In this document: piece by piece, positions 55,373 to 64,000 of the stretch
Layout: every line of letters starts with the position of its first letter
How positions within the stretch are numbered: position 1 is the stretch's first letter
Virus record (IMG/VR): IMGVR_UViG_3300029305_001653
Location: 1 to 64,000 of that record
Length of the DNA stretch: 64,000 nt
Reading direction: 5' to 3' (one strand)
DNA from: a virus
Lineage: Duplodnaviria; Caudoviricetes
Notes under the pieces: generated by a model
Seen by the model: only the letters and a program-made list of their open reading frames with translations
Told to the model about the DNA's origin: nothing
Database searches by the model: none
Made by a program: the position numbers and the translations under genes

Positions 55373-56932
55373 TTGAGTGTTCAAGATCAAATCTATCGTT
55401 ACGTAATTGATGAGTTAGGATTCAATCATGCTATAGCTTGTGGTATATTAGCTAATGCTCAAGCAGAGTCTGGATTTAGACCTAATGCTGTAGGAGATAG
55501 TGGAGATGCTTACGGACTATTCCAGTGGAACTCTAGAAGAGAGGAGCTATTCTCCTATGCAGGGACTAGAAGTCCTTCTGTAGCTCAACAATTAGAGTTC
55601 CTCGGATATGAACTTTACAATTCTGAGTATGTTGCTAGATCTCATATAGAGGATTTAGAAGATACTAGAGATGGAGCATACGAAGCAGGATATAATTTCT
55701 GCGTATATTATGAACGTCCATCTAATAAAGAAGAGAAAGGTGATATTAGAGGGAAAGCAGCTCAGACTCTATTTGATAGATATACACCTACATCCTCTCC
55801 TGTTAGCTCTAAAGGAAAGAGTATCGTGTCTATAGCTCGCACAGTAGTTGAGAAGAAAATCCCTTATATCAAGGGAGAGTCTTTGTATGACAATGATCAG
55901 AGAGGTACAGATAGTCCTGGACTAGTTTACTACGCTTACAGAGAAGCTGGAGTAGATATACAAGAGTATTCAGCTAGTGAGTATTACTACAAGTATAAAG
56001 ATAGAGCTAGGAAAGTCACTACTTCTGAATTAGCTCCTGGAGATTTACTATTCTATGATTACCACAATCAAATAATTGATGTAGCTATAGCTACAGGTGA
56101 GGGTACTCGTATCTACTCTAAAGAAGGAGTAGGTGTAATAGAAGAGACTAGTATAGGTAGTCCTATATATGTTTTGAGATTACTCTCTAGTGCTGAAACC
56201 TCTATAGGAAGAGATTCAGAGGCTACTCATACTCCAGGGTTCGAGTCTATATCTCCAGAGGAGTATATTGCACTCTCTTCTCTAGATTTTAATGCTGCTA
56301 AAGTAGCTAGTAGATTATCAGAATTATCTACTACAGGATTTGATTATGGTTATCTCATAGATATTACTCATAATGAAGAGTTTAGATTTTATATACCTGA
56401 ATTCTCTGAACAAGCAGGAGCTCAATGGAGTGATGTAGAGATAAGAGGGAGATCTGTCTCTGTGAAGTCTTATGAGTCTACTAACTCTAGAGTAGTGAGT
56501 CTATCTTTAGACCTATATGCAGGTGTAGGTCTTTACGCTCCTACCTCAGGAGAGAGCAAGGAAGAAACTTTAGATAGAATGTACAAGGATATAAATTTTG
56601 TGAAATCCTTAGAATATCCTGACTACTCTAATCCTATCATCAAACCTCCTCCTACAGTACACTTAATACTAGGTCCTACTCTGAGTATAGTAGGCGTAAT
56701 TAGTAATGTGAGTGTGGAGCATCTCAAACCTTTTGATGAACAGAAGAGAGCTATGTATGTGAAATTGAATTTCACAGTTACACAGATAGCTGTTAATCCT
56801 CCAGATTATAGAGATATTAGATCAGGTCCGACTTCTGCACTTAGTACTTCAAATACAGCTTCTCTTTATACTGCAGGTACTACGATAGAAGGAGACCCTA
56901 CTAATGTACCTACTTACTCAGAAGGAGAGTGA
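55373..56932 (+). CDS. Tail lysozyme + NlpC/P60-like + tube-initiator multidomain baseplate protein
   Basis: GILAN.QAESG, YGLFQW, YERP (phage tail lysozyme); D.PGLVYYAY..PGDLLF (NlpC-like); W....I.GRS, PP.V.L..G (tube initiator). Confidence 0.8.
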   Translation: MSVQDQIYRYVIDELGFNHAIACGILANAQAESGFRPNAVGDSGDAYGLFQWNSRREELFSYAGTRSPSVAQQLEFLGYELYNSEYVARSHIEDLEDTRDGAYEAGYNFCVYYERPSNKEEKGDIRGKAAQTLFDRYTPTSSPVSSKGKSIVSIARTVVEKKIPYIKGESLYDNDQRGTDSPGLVYYAYREAGVDIQEYSASEYYYKYKDRARKVTTSELAPGDLLFYDYHNQIIDVAIATGEGTRIYSKEGVGVIEETSIGSPIYVLRLLSSAETSIGRDSEATHTPGFESISPEEYIALSSLDFNAAKVASRLSELSTTGFDYGYLIDITHNEEFRFYIPEFSEQAGAQWSDVEIRGRSVSVKSYESTNSRVVSLSLDLYAGVGLYAPTSGESKEETLDRMYKDINFVKSLEYPDYSNPIIKPPPTVHLILGPTLSIVGVISNVSVEHLKPFDEQKRAMYVKLNFTVTQIAVNPPDYRDIRSGPTSALSTSNTASLYTAGTTIEGDPTNVPTYSEGE

Positions 56933-56937
56933 AGTAA

Positions 56938-57288
56938 TTGAATACTAGAGAGTTCTATGAAGAGTCAAAGAATTCTTCGAAATCTTACTCAGATAGATAC
57001 AAGAATTGTAAAATATTGAAAGACATAGAGACGAAAGAAGTATTACTGTCTACGAGGGAGATAGTAGATATACCTAGTCATCCTAATGATTTATATCATA
57101 GAGTGAAATCTAATGAAGTATCTAGATTAGATTTACTAGCTCACAAGTATTATAGCAATCCTCTACTATGGTGGGTGATAGCTCAAGCTAATGATATCTA
57201 TGACCCGATGACTATGTTACTACCAGGTACTCTATTGAGGATACCTTCTCTAGAAGTACTGTATGGTAATAATGGAATACTTCTATAG
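56938..57288 (+). CDS. LysM-like baseplate protein (gp53/tail X-like)
   Basis: RLDLLAHKYY.NP.LWWVIA.AN.I.DP....PGTLLRIP. Confidence 0.85.
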   Translation: MNTREFYEESKNSSKSYSDRYKNCKILKDIETKEVLLSTREIVDIPSHPNDLYHRVKSNEVSRLDLLAHKYYSNPLLWWVIAQANDIYDPMTMLLPGTLLRIPSLEVLYGNNGILL

Positions 57289-57304
57289 GTCATAAGGAGG
57301 AACT

Positions 57305-59026
57305 ATGGAATTTGTATATAAAAATAATCCTCTTAATGATGGTACATATACTGTAACTAGTCCTTACGGGCAGAGAGGTAGTGGATTCCATGGAGCTATA
57401 GATCTAGGCACGTATGGAGGAGCAGCAGAGCCTATATTCGCAGTAGCAGATGGTACAGTAGCTCGTGTAGGTAGTGATCCTGATGGTTATGGATACTACG
57501 TATATCTGGATCACGATGGAGGAGTACGTACTGTATATGCTCATATGATAGAAAAGAGCCAGCTGATAGAAGGCAATCCTATAAGTGCAGGAGAGCAGAT
57601 AGGTAATGTAGGTAGTACAGGAAATAGTACAGGACCTCATTTACATTTCGAGATAATAGTAGGAGGGGATAAAGTAGATCCTACACCTTACATAGAACAT
57701 GGAGGACCTACTTATCTTTCAGCATCTTACACTCCTGGATCTAACTTAAATTTAGAGGATGTACTATTAGAGGATATACACAAATCTTATCACAGTGTGG
57801 TAGATGCTGGAGGTACTACTGTAGGACAGAGAGTATCAGGAGCAACCCCTCAACCTGTTCATGCATTCGTAAATATCTATGTAGGGGATAATCAAACTCT
57901 ACTAGCTACGAATCCAGCTAGACCTAACTTCATCCAATCTTTCGAATACAGTAGATTAGACGGAGCAGGAGAGTCCGTTATATTTACTGTATTCGATGAT
58001 AATTGGCAAGAGATGGAGAAAGTACTTGCTGCTAATTACAACAATATCTATATAGAGTACGGATACTATGGTATAGGAGTAAAATCAAAGAGAGTTAAAT
58101 TAATGCTACTAAATTATAGTTTATCTTTCGAAGATACAGGTACTATCCTCTCAGTAGAAGCTGTAACAGAAGGTGTAGTGGATAATTTAACTCAGACTAG
58201 TATAGTATTAGATACGTATAATCCTACAGAAGCTGTAAAGAAGATATGTGAATATCTTGGATATACTGTACTAGATGAAAACTTCGATGAATCCCAAGAC
58301 GTACAGGCAGACAATCCTTTTAATATAATAGAAGATTTTCCTATCACTTACATCTATGATACTATTATCCCACAAGCTTCACAAGTAGGAGAAGAATTAT
58401 TCAGTTTCGATATAGACTCAGAAGGAGTAGCTTACTTTAAAAGAGAAGGATACAGTACTACTAGGACAGATAATCTTCGTACTTATATTGTAAGAAAAGG
58501 ATATGATAGTTCAGTAATAGACTTCACTGTAGATATAAAAGGAGTATTCGGAGGTAGTGGTACATTCGAAATAGCTACTGAATACAGAAGTTCTGTATTC
58601 GATACTAAGACGAAGAATCAAGAGTACTATGAAGTTAATAAAGGAGATACTATCACTACAGCTACAGGAGATATAGTTCATACTAAGTTCGACCAGTCAA
58701 GTGTACTAGTAGAACAGTCAGGGTACACACCATCGCAGACGAAGAGTAGAGTGTATTATGATATGAAGTCCATGATACATGATGGTTACTCTGCTACCTT
58801 GACTATATTAGGTGATCCTACTATACAGATACATGACTTTGTTAGAGTAATTAATATGACAGACTCAGGACATCTACATCATACTTCAGGAGTCTACTGG
58901 ATCCAAGGTATTACAGATTCTATCCAAGGTGGTAGTATGACTACAACACTGAAGTTGCTGAAGAATGCAACTGCAGGAGATATAGATGGATTAGAGATAC
59001 TCCACTCTAAGCCTATACTGAAATAG
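57305..59026 (+). CDS. M23 peptidase fused to a baseplate hub-like domain
   Basis: H.AID, YAHM, GSTGNSTGPHLHFE; C-terminal A.LTILGDP..SGVYWI..ITD.I...MTT.LKL. Confidence 0.85.
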   Translation: MEFVYKNNPLNDGTYTVTSPYGQRGSGFHGAIDLGTYGGAAEPIFAVADGTVARVGSDPDGYGYYVYLDHDGGVRTVYAHMIEKSQLIEGNPISAGEQIGNVGSTGNSTGPHLHFEIIVGGDKVDPTPYIEHGGPTYLSASYTPGSNLNLEDVLLEDIHKSYHSVVDAGGTTVGQRVSGATPQPVHAFVNIYVGDNQTLLATNPARPNFIQSFEYSRLDGAGESVIFTVFDDNWQEMEKVLAANYNNIYIEYGYYGIGVKSKRVKLMLLNYSLSFEDTGTILSVEAVTEGVVDNLTQTSIVLDTYNPTEAVKKICEYLGYTVLDENFDESQDVQADNPFNIIEDFPITYIYDTIIPQASQVGEELFSFDIDSEGVAYFKREGYSTTRTDNLRTYIVRKGYDSSVIDFTVDIKGVFGGSGTFEIATEYRSSVFDTKTKNQEYYEVNKGDTITTATGDIVHTKFDQSSVLVEQSGYTPSQTKSRVYYDMKSMIHDGYSATLTILGDPTIQIHDFVRVINMTDSGHLHHTSGVYWIQGITDSIQGGSMTTTLKLLKNATAGDIDGLEILHSKPILK

Positions 59027-59036
59027 AGGTGAGTAT

Positions 59037-59618
59037 ATGTTTAAGAACGCTTACACGAGAACCTACTCGTCTATTTATAGAGGAATAGTAGAAGACAATA
59101 TAGACCCTGAGAATTTAGGGAGATGCAAGATTAGAGTTCCTTCAGTACATGGAGAACTTACTTATCCTGTAGAGATACTACCTTGGGCTAGACCTATAGT
59201 CTTATCTCCTATAAGTAAAGAGCGAGGAAGTGTTCACATACCTGATAAAGGAGATATAGTATGGGTATTCTTCGAAGGTGCAAATAGAGATTTTCCTGTC
59301 TATATAGGAGGTACTTATGGTATAGGAGATATAGAAATCAAGAATGACGTAATAGATTTCTATATAGAAAAAGATAATAAAATTTCTTATAATAGGAGTA
59401 CTAACACCTACCATATCATGATAGGAAATAATTCCATTACAGTAAGTCCTAAGAATATTACTATTGAAGGTAGTGTCTTAGTAAAAGGAGATATGAAAGT
59501 CTCCGGAGTTATTGAATCTGATACTGATGTATTATCGAATGATATTAGTCTTATATCTCATAGACATGGTGGAGTAATGCTAGGAGTAGGATCTACTGGA
59601 GGTCCTAGAGGGAGGTAA
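59037..59618 (+). CDS. Baseplate spike (gp5 OB-fold/gpV-like)
   Basis: RGIVEDNIDP..LGR.K.RVP, LPWA, P..GD.VWVFFEG, C-terminal SL.SHRHGGV. Confidence 0.88.
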   Translation: MFKNAYTRTYSSIYRGIVEDNIDPENLGRCKIRVPSVHGELTYPVEILPWARPIVLSPISKERGSVHIPDKGDIVWVFFEGANRDFPVYIGGTYGIGDIEIKNDVIDFYIEKDNKISYNRSTNTYHIMIGNNSITVSPKNITIEGSVLVKGDMKVSGVIESDTDVLSNDISLISHRHGGVMLGVGSTGGPRGR

Positions 59619-59621
59619 TAA

Positions 59622-60050
59622 ATGGCACAGTCTAATAACTTAATAGGTAGAGGTCCTTCATTTCCTTACAATAAATCTTCTTCAGGAGGACTAGAGTATA
59701 CTGAAGATATAGCTCGTATCAATCAAAGTTTATTTCTGATATTTGAAACTCCTAAAGGTAGTAGATTGATGATGCCTGAATTTGGATCTGACTTACGAAA
59801 GTATAAGTTCGACCCTCTAGATAGAGTACTGATGGAAAAGGTTAGATACACTATAACTGAAGACATCAAGAGATGGGAGCCTCGTATATCATTGTCTAGT
59901 ATAGAATTTTTACTGGATGACGATGTCATTGATAATAACATACTCTATGTATCTATAAGCTATAGAGTAATAAATACTAATGTACCTGCTAATTATGTAT
60001 ATCCTTACAGATTAGGTACGTATGATACAAATGAAATAAGCTATAACTAA
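59622..60050 (+). CDS. Baseplate wedge protein (gp25/GpW-like)
   Basis: T.KG.R.M.PEFG..L....F.P, I..WEPRI. Confidence 0.9.
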   Translation: MAQSNNLIGRGPSFPYNKSSSGGLEYTEDIARINQSLFLIFETPKGSRLMMPEFGSDLRKYKFDPLDRVLMEKVRYTITEDIKRWEPRISLSSIEFLLDDDVIDNNILYVSISYRVINTNVPANYVYPYRLGTYDTNEISYN

Positions 60051-60065
60051 ATAAGGAGGTACAGG

Positions 60066-61499
60066 ATGTCAGAGAATAATATATTTTCTTATACGAGACG
60101 TGATTATGAGAATTCACGTCAAGAAGGAATATCTAAAATCCCTATTATCAGTAATGGAAAATGGACAGACTTGAATGTGACTGATCCTGGTATAATCATA
60201 CTAGACTATGTACATGCATTAGTGGATATGATGCAATATTATCAAGATCATCAAGCATTAGAAGCTTTCATCACTACTGCAAAAGAGAGAGCTAACATAT
60301 TCAGACTAGCTAAGCAGCTATCCTATGATATTAGGTCATCTAAAGGAGCTATATGTGATGTAGAGTTCACTAGTTCATCTATATATGGACATACAGTAAA
60401 GATACCTAAACATACATCTCTTTCTACAAAGTCAGGTATAAAATATTTGACTATGCAAGATGCTTATTTATTAGCAGGAGAACATAGAGTAGTAGTGCCA
60501 TGTTATCAAGGTAAATTAGTGACTATTAACTATAAAGGTACTGGAATCTCTAGATTCAGTAACGTAGTAGGTGCTAAGAATCAAAGTATTAGATTAGTAG
60601 ACAATAATATAGATATAGAGTCTATTGAAATAATTGATGATAGAGAAAGATTATGGAGTCCTATTGATTATATCATATTCTCTACAGAACTAGATAGAGT
60701 TTATCAATCAGAGTTAAATACAGACAACTCTATCACTATTTATTTTGGAGATGGACTGAGAGGTATAATTCCTAGTACTGAAGATGATCTTACTATTTCA
60801 TACATATCTACTCTAGCTGAGGAAGGAAGAGTTGAGAGTAATAGTATAACAATCCTCGAGACAAGTATAAAAGATGATACTGTAGGATATATAGAATTCT
60901 CAGTAAATAATAACAATCCTAGTACAGGAGGTTCCTCTTCACAATCTAGTAGAGAAATTAGAGAGACAGCTCCAGGAGCTATCAAAGCTCAAGGAAGAGC
61001 AGTTACTTTAGGAGATTATGAAAGTTTAGCTAAGTTAGTAGATGGAGTTGCAGATGCTAAAGCTTATGATATCAATACACTACCTGATCTCTGTCTCTAT
61101 CATGAAGTGAAGGTAATAGTAGTTCCTAAAAACTCAGAAGATTCCTTAGATACATTAAAAAAGATAGTATATGACTATCTATCTAGGAGAGCTATTCCTC
61201 CTGTAAATGTACAAGTAATTACTCCTTCTTACATTTACTTAGATTTAAGTGTAACAATAGAGAAAAGATATAATAATATATCTGATAGTAGACTCCAGTA
61301 CAATGTAACTCAAACTATAATAGACTACTTCAAGTCTAGAGAAAGAGATATAGGAGAATCATTCTATCCACTGAGTTTAGCTACTACTATTATGAGTATA
61401 GAAGGAGTTAAAGATGTGGCGATCACTCCTAATGAAGTATATCATATCGGAGAATTCTCAGCTATAAAATTAGGTAAATTAGATTTACATATAAGATAA
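60066..61499 (+). CDS. Baseplate wedge protein (gp6/J-like)
   Basis: WTD....DPG, FGDG.RG.IP, GG.......IR..AP, RAVT..DY. Confidence 0.9.
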   Translation: MSENNIFSYTRRDYENSRQEGISKIPIISNGKWTDLNVTDPGIIILDYVHALVDMMQYYQDHQALEAFITTAKERANIFRLAKQLSYDIRSSKGAICDVEFTSSSIYGHTVKIPKHTSLSTKSGIKYLTMQDAYLLAGEHRVVVPCYQGKLVTINYKGTGISRFSNVVGAKNQSIRLVDNNIDIESIEIIDDRERLWSPIDYIIFSTELDRVYQSELNTDNSITIYFGDGLRGIIPSTEDDLTISYISTLAEEGRVESNSITILETSIKDDTVGYIEFSVNNNNPSTGGSSSQSSREIRETAPGAIKAQGRAVTLGDYESLAKLVDGVADAKAYDINTLPDLCLYHEVKVIVVPKNSEDSLDTLKKIVYDYLSRRAIPPVNVQVITPSYIYLDLSVTIEKRYNNISDSRLQYNVTQTIIDYFKSRERDIGESFYPLSLATTIMSIEGVKDVAITPNEVYHIGEFSAIKLGKLDLHIR

Positions 61500-61510
61500 G
61501 GAGGATACTC

Positions 61511-62848
61511 ATGACTGATATAAGTTCATTTATTAGGTCTCACTTACTAGAACCTTTGAAACAGTATCCTACAGTTATACAGGATACTTTAATAGAGATA
61601 ATTACACAGAAATTACAGACTCTATATGAGTACACTGTAAGATTCCCTGAAATTGTTTCTCCTTCTAGTAATAGATTAGATATTCTGAAGACTATAGCAG
61701 AACAATTCCTCTTTACTATTAGAGAAGATGCAGATATAGAGGAACAGATAGCTATCTTAGATAATATACTGTATGTGTACAAGATGAGAGGGTCTGTGGA
61801 CACTATAGAAAATATGTGGAAGTATTATGGAGGTACTCTCCCTAAAGATGTAAAAGTAATAATACCTTCATATACTATATTCAGATATAGTATGTCTAAG
61901 TTGTCAGGTACTCATAAATTCATAGATGGAAGATCTAGTTATGTAGAATTAGACACTCCTGCTCCTGAGAATATTCCTTCAGGTACTTTAGTATACGATA
62001 TATACAGTGATAATTATAAAGCTACTCTAGGAATATTGGAAAATACTACTCGAGTACTCCTCACTAATATTGATAATTTAAATATAGGAGATATACTACG
62101 AATAGGAGATTATTATGAAGGTAAGATAGTTAGTCTCTATGAGAATAAAACTCCTACTATGAATCGTTCAGGAGTCTACGAGATAAGACTCACTAATAAT
62201 ACATACCCTATACCTGACTTGAAAGAATTCTTAATAAAAGAATTAGTAGCAGCAGGTAATTATATTTATTTCACTAACACTCTCCATATGGATGTTAATC
62301 AAACGGATGAGAATTCTAATTACTATAGGTACTCTGTTAATGAACATACATTATTACAGATACAGTTAGATGTATTAAAGGCAAGACAAGGACTTATGTT
62401 GAGTGGATATAATCCCTTAAGTCCTAATCCTAAATTCTCTGAAGAAGAGATAAATGAGATGCTCCGACGAGGGTTTACTGAGACAGATATAGAGAGGATG
62501 ACAACTCCTAGAGATGCTAATGACTCTCTATGGTCAGGTAGAAGATCTATATTCTTAGAATTGACTAGACTTATAAATCTCCCGATGATAGAGCTAAATA
62601 ATTACAGTCCTTATAAATTCTTAGGAATTTCTATGACTATGTTCCCTGATATAGAAAAGATAGTCTATAGTATAAATAGTAATAAAAGTTATGATCGTAT
62701 CATAGAATCAATTCTGTACTGTACTCCTAGTACGTCTTCATACTATATGTCTCGTCACTTATATAATAGAAATGGAGAACTGTTAGAATCTAATTATCCT
62801 GGATATTTCATATTAGGAGAATCTCTTTTAGGAGAAGCTATAAAATAA
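61511..62848 (+). CDS. Baseplate protein (tail protein I/gp7-like)
   Basis: Follows baseplate J; YKMRGS...IE and LVAAG motifs. Confidence 0.6.
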   Translation: MTDISSFIRSHLLEPLKQYPTVIQDTLIEIITQKLQTLYEYTVRFPEIVSPSSNRLDILKTIAEQFLFTIREDADIEEQIAILDNILYVYKMRGSVDTIENMWKYYGGTLPKDVKVIIPSYTIFRYSMSKLSGTHKFIDGRSSYVELDTPAPENIPSGTLVYDIYSDNYKATLGILENTTRVLLTNIDNLNIGDILRIGDYYEGKIVSLYENKTPTMNRSGVYEIRLTNNTYPIPDLKEFLIKELVAAGNYIYFTNTLHMDVNQTDENSNYYRYSVNEHTLLQIQLDVLKARQGLMLSGYNPLSPNPKFSEEEINEMLRRGFTETDIERMTTPRDANDSLWSGRRSIFLELTRLINLPMIELNNYSPYKFLGISMTMFPDIEKIVYSINSNKSYDRIIESILYCTPSTSSYYMSRHLYNRNGELLESNYPGYFILGESLLGEAIK

Positions 62849-62874
62849 ATGTTTAAGATGAAGGGGAGGAGAAT

Positions 62875-63060
62875 ATGGATTTCACAATAGGTGAAAAACT
62901 CCAGCATACTTACACTAAAGAAGTACTTTGGGTACTCCGTATAGGTAATGAGCAGATATTATGCAGAACTAAAGATTTAAGAGAGATATGGTTCTATCCT
63001 TATGAGTTAGAGAGAATAGATTCTGTAACTGAGAGTAGACGTAGTAAAAGATTTTTATGA
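62875..63060 (+). CDS. Small hypothetical protein
   Basis: RBS; F.IGE..W.YPYELE SH3-like pattern. Confidence 0.55.
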   Translation: MDFTIGEKLQHTYTKEVLWVLRIGNEQILCRTKDLREIWFYPYELERIDSVTESRRSKRFL

Positions 63061-63085
63061 TTCAAGGTAGATAGTAGGTGAAATT

Positions 63086-63685
63086 TTGATTTCTATAGTA
63101 GGTACTAGAATATACATATATCAGAGTATAGATTATGCTTTTAGAGTCAAGTATAGAAATTCAGAAGGAGATATCTTTAACTTTACTCCTACAGATACTA
63201 TAACTATGATAATCCGTGATAGAGATACTGAAAAGATTATTCTCTCTAAAGTAGCTGAGTCTATAACTATAAACGATGAACCATGTTCTATAATCGTATT
63301 TACTTCTCGAGATATGATACCTAAAGGAGACTATAAGTATGATCTAATACTAGGTACTATAGATGACTCCAAACATATGTTGGTTAGTAAAGCTGATTTA
63401 AATGTACTAGAGGATAGAACCCTTACAAGAGATCTACCTCAATTAGGAGAATTCGAACCTCATTCTTTAGAAGACATAAATAGCAATACTATGTCTCTCA
63501 GTAAAGATGAACTAATATGTAATTTTACTCCTATCATAATTAATAAGGAAGAAGCAGAAGGAACTCTCATATTATTCAATAAGATAAATAAAGTTGATGA
63601 TACAGACGAAGATACTACTGAAGGTGATTTAATACTATTTGACCCTAAAGTAGAAAATTCTGAAGATACTCTAATATTATTCTAG
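63086..63685 (+). CDS. Putative baseplate/fibre-associated protein
   Basis: Position; G.Y.YDL motif. Confidence 0.5.
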   Translation: MISIVGTRIYIYQSIDYAFRVKYRNSEGDIFNFTPTDTITMIIRDRDTEKIILSKVAESITINDEPCSIIVFTSRDMIPKGDYKYDLILGTIDDSKHMLVSKADLNVLEDRTLTRDLPQLGEFEPHSLEDINSNTMSLSKDELICNFTPIIINKEEAEGTLILFNKINKVDDTDEDTTEGDLILFDPKVENSEDTLILF

Positions 63686-63701
63686 GAAAGGAGAGAGTTA
63701 T

Positions 63702-64000
63702 ATGGCTAATTACAAAGTAGCTTACGGTCATAAAGATAATATAGACTTAGCTATTACCTTAGGAGTTATACCTCCAGGTAGTATAATACTCACAGAAGAT
63801 TCTAATGAAATTTTCTTCTATGACCTTAATAATAGAATAAAGACTTATGAACAAAGATATAAATTTGAGTCCTATGAGGAAGCTGAGTCCTGGGTACAGA
63901 GATACAATTGTCAGGGGCAGATTCTTTCTGTCCATGAAGTTGATAAATGTAATCTGTATATAGTAGAGTACGATAACCAGTTACGTAAATTAGGTGCAGA
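63702..64000 (+). CDS. Hypothetical protein, truncated by the window end
   Basis: AAGGAG RBS, ATG 63702, open to the end. Confidence 0.6.
   Translation, partial: MANYKVAYGHKDNIDLAITLGVIPPGSIILTEDSNEIFFYDLNNRIKTYEQRYKFESYEEAESWVQRYNCQGQILSVHEVDKCNLYIVEYDNQLRKLGA

Noticed and set aside
3295-61803. All other minus-strand ORFs in the track
   Set aside because: They overlap well-supported + strand genes or promoters, lack RBSs and show antisense-shadow composition
1-64000. Stop-codon reassignment
   Set aside because: Core genes are full length in the standard code; TAA, TAG and TGA all terminate genes followed by new RBSs; no suppressor tRNA seen

Overview
A 64-kb segment of a large, AT-rich, T4-like myovirus (contractile tail), almost certainly infecting an anaerobic spore-forming Firmicute (Clostridia-like). 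All credible genes are on the + strand and use the standard genetic code. In order: (1) recombination and nucleotide genes (Mre11/Rad50-like pair, dUTPase, sigma/Mor-like regulator, HU-like protein, RuvC); (2) a ~2.7-kb RNA island with 9 canonical tRNAs, 2 aberrant tRNA-like RNAs, several unassigned structured RNAs and an embedded receiver-less Spo0A gene; (3) class III ribonucleotide reductase and a ~20-kb accessory region of small genes; (4) a SigH-like sigma factor and ADP-ribosyltransferase-like genes next to the terminase; (5) a portal-protease-capsid-neck-sheath-tube-tape measure-baseplate module. The most striking system is inferred from three observations. First, 13 copies of a fixed-spacing sigma-H-like promoter (AGGGAWT-N12-ACGWATTATAATAATGTAAG) occur, one directly upstream of the phage's own sigH gene. 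Second, about ten unrelated proteins (SigH, two ART-fold proteins, a methyltransferase, an HNH protein and others) share an N-terminal leader ending in T4 gp21-type (I/L/V)-x-E sites, suggesting they are packaged in the capsid and injected. Third, the phage carries a Spo0A DNA-binding domain. Together these suggest a virion-delivered sporulation-type sigma factor that starts the phage's early transcription and may interfere with host sporulation control. A second, 3-copy promoter class is also present, and one copy points into a palindrome-rich putative origin. All protein family calls come from motif recognition by eye; no database search was run.
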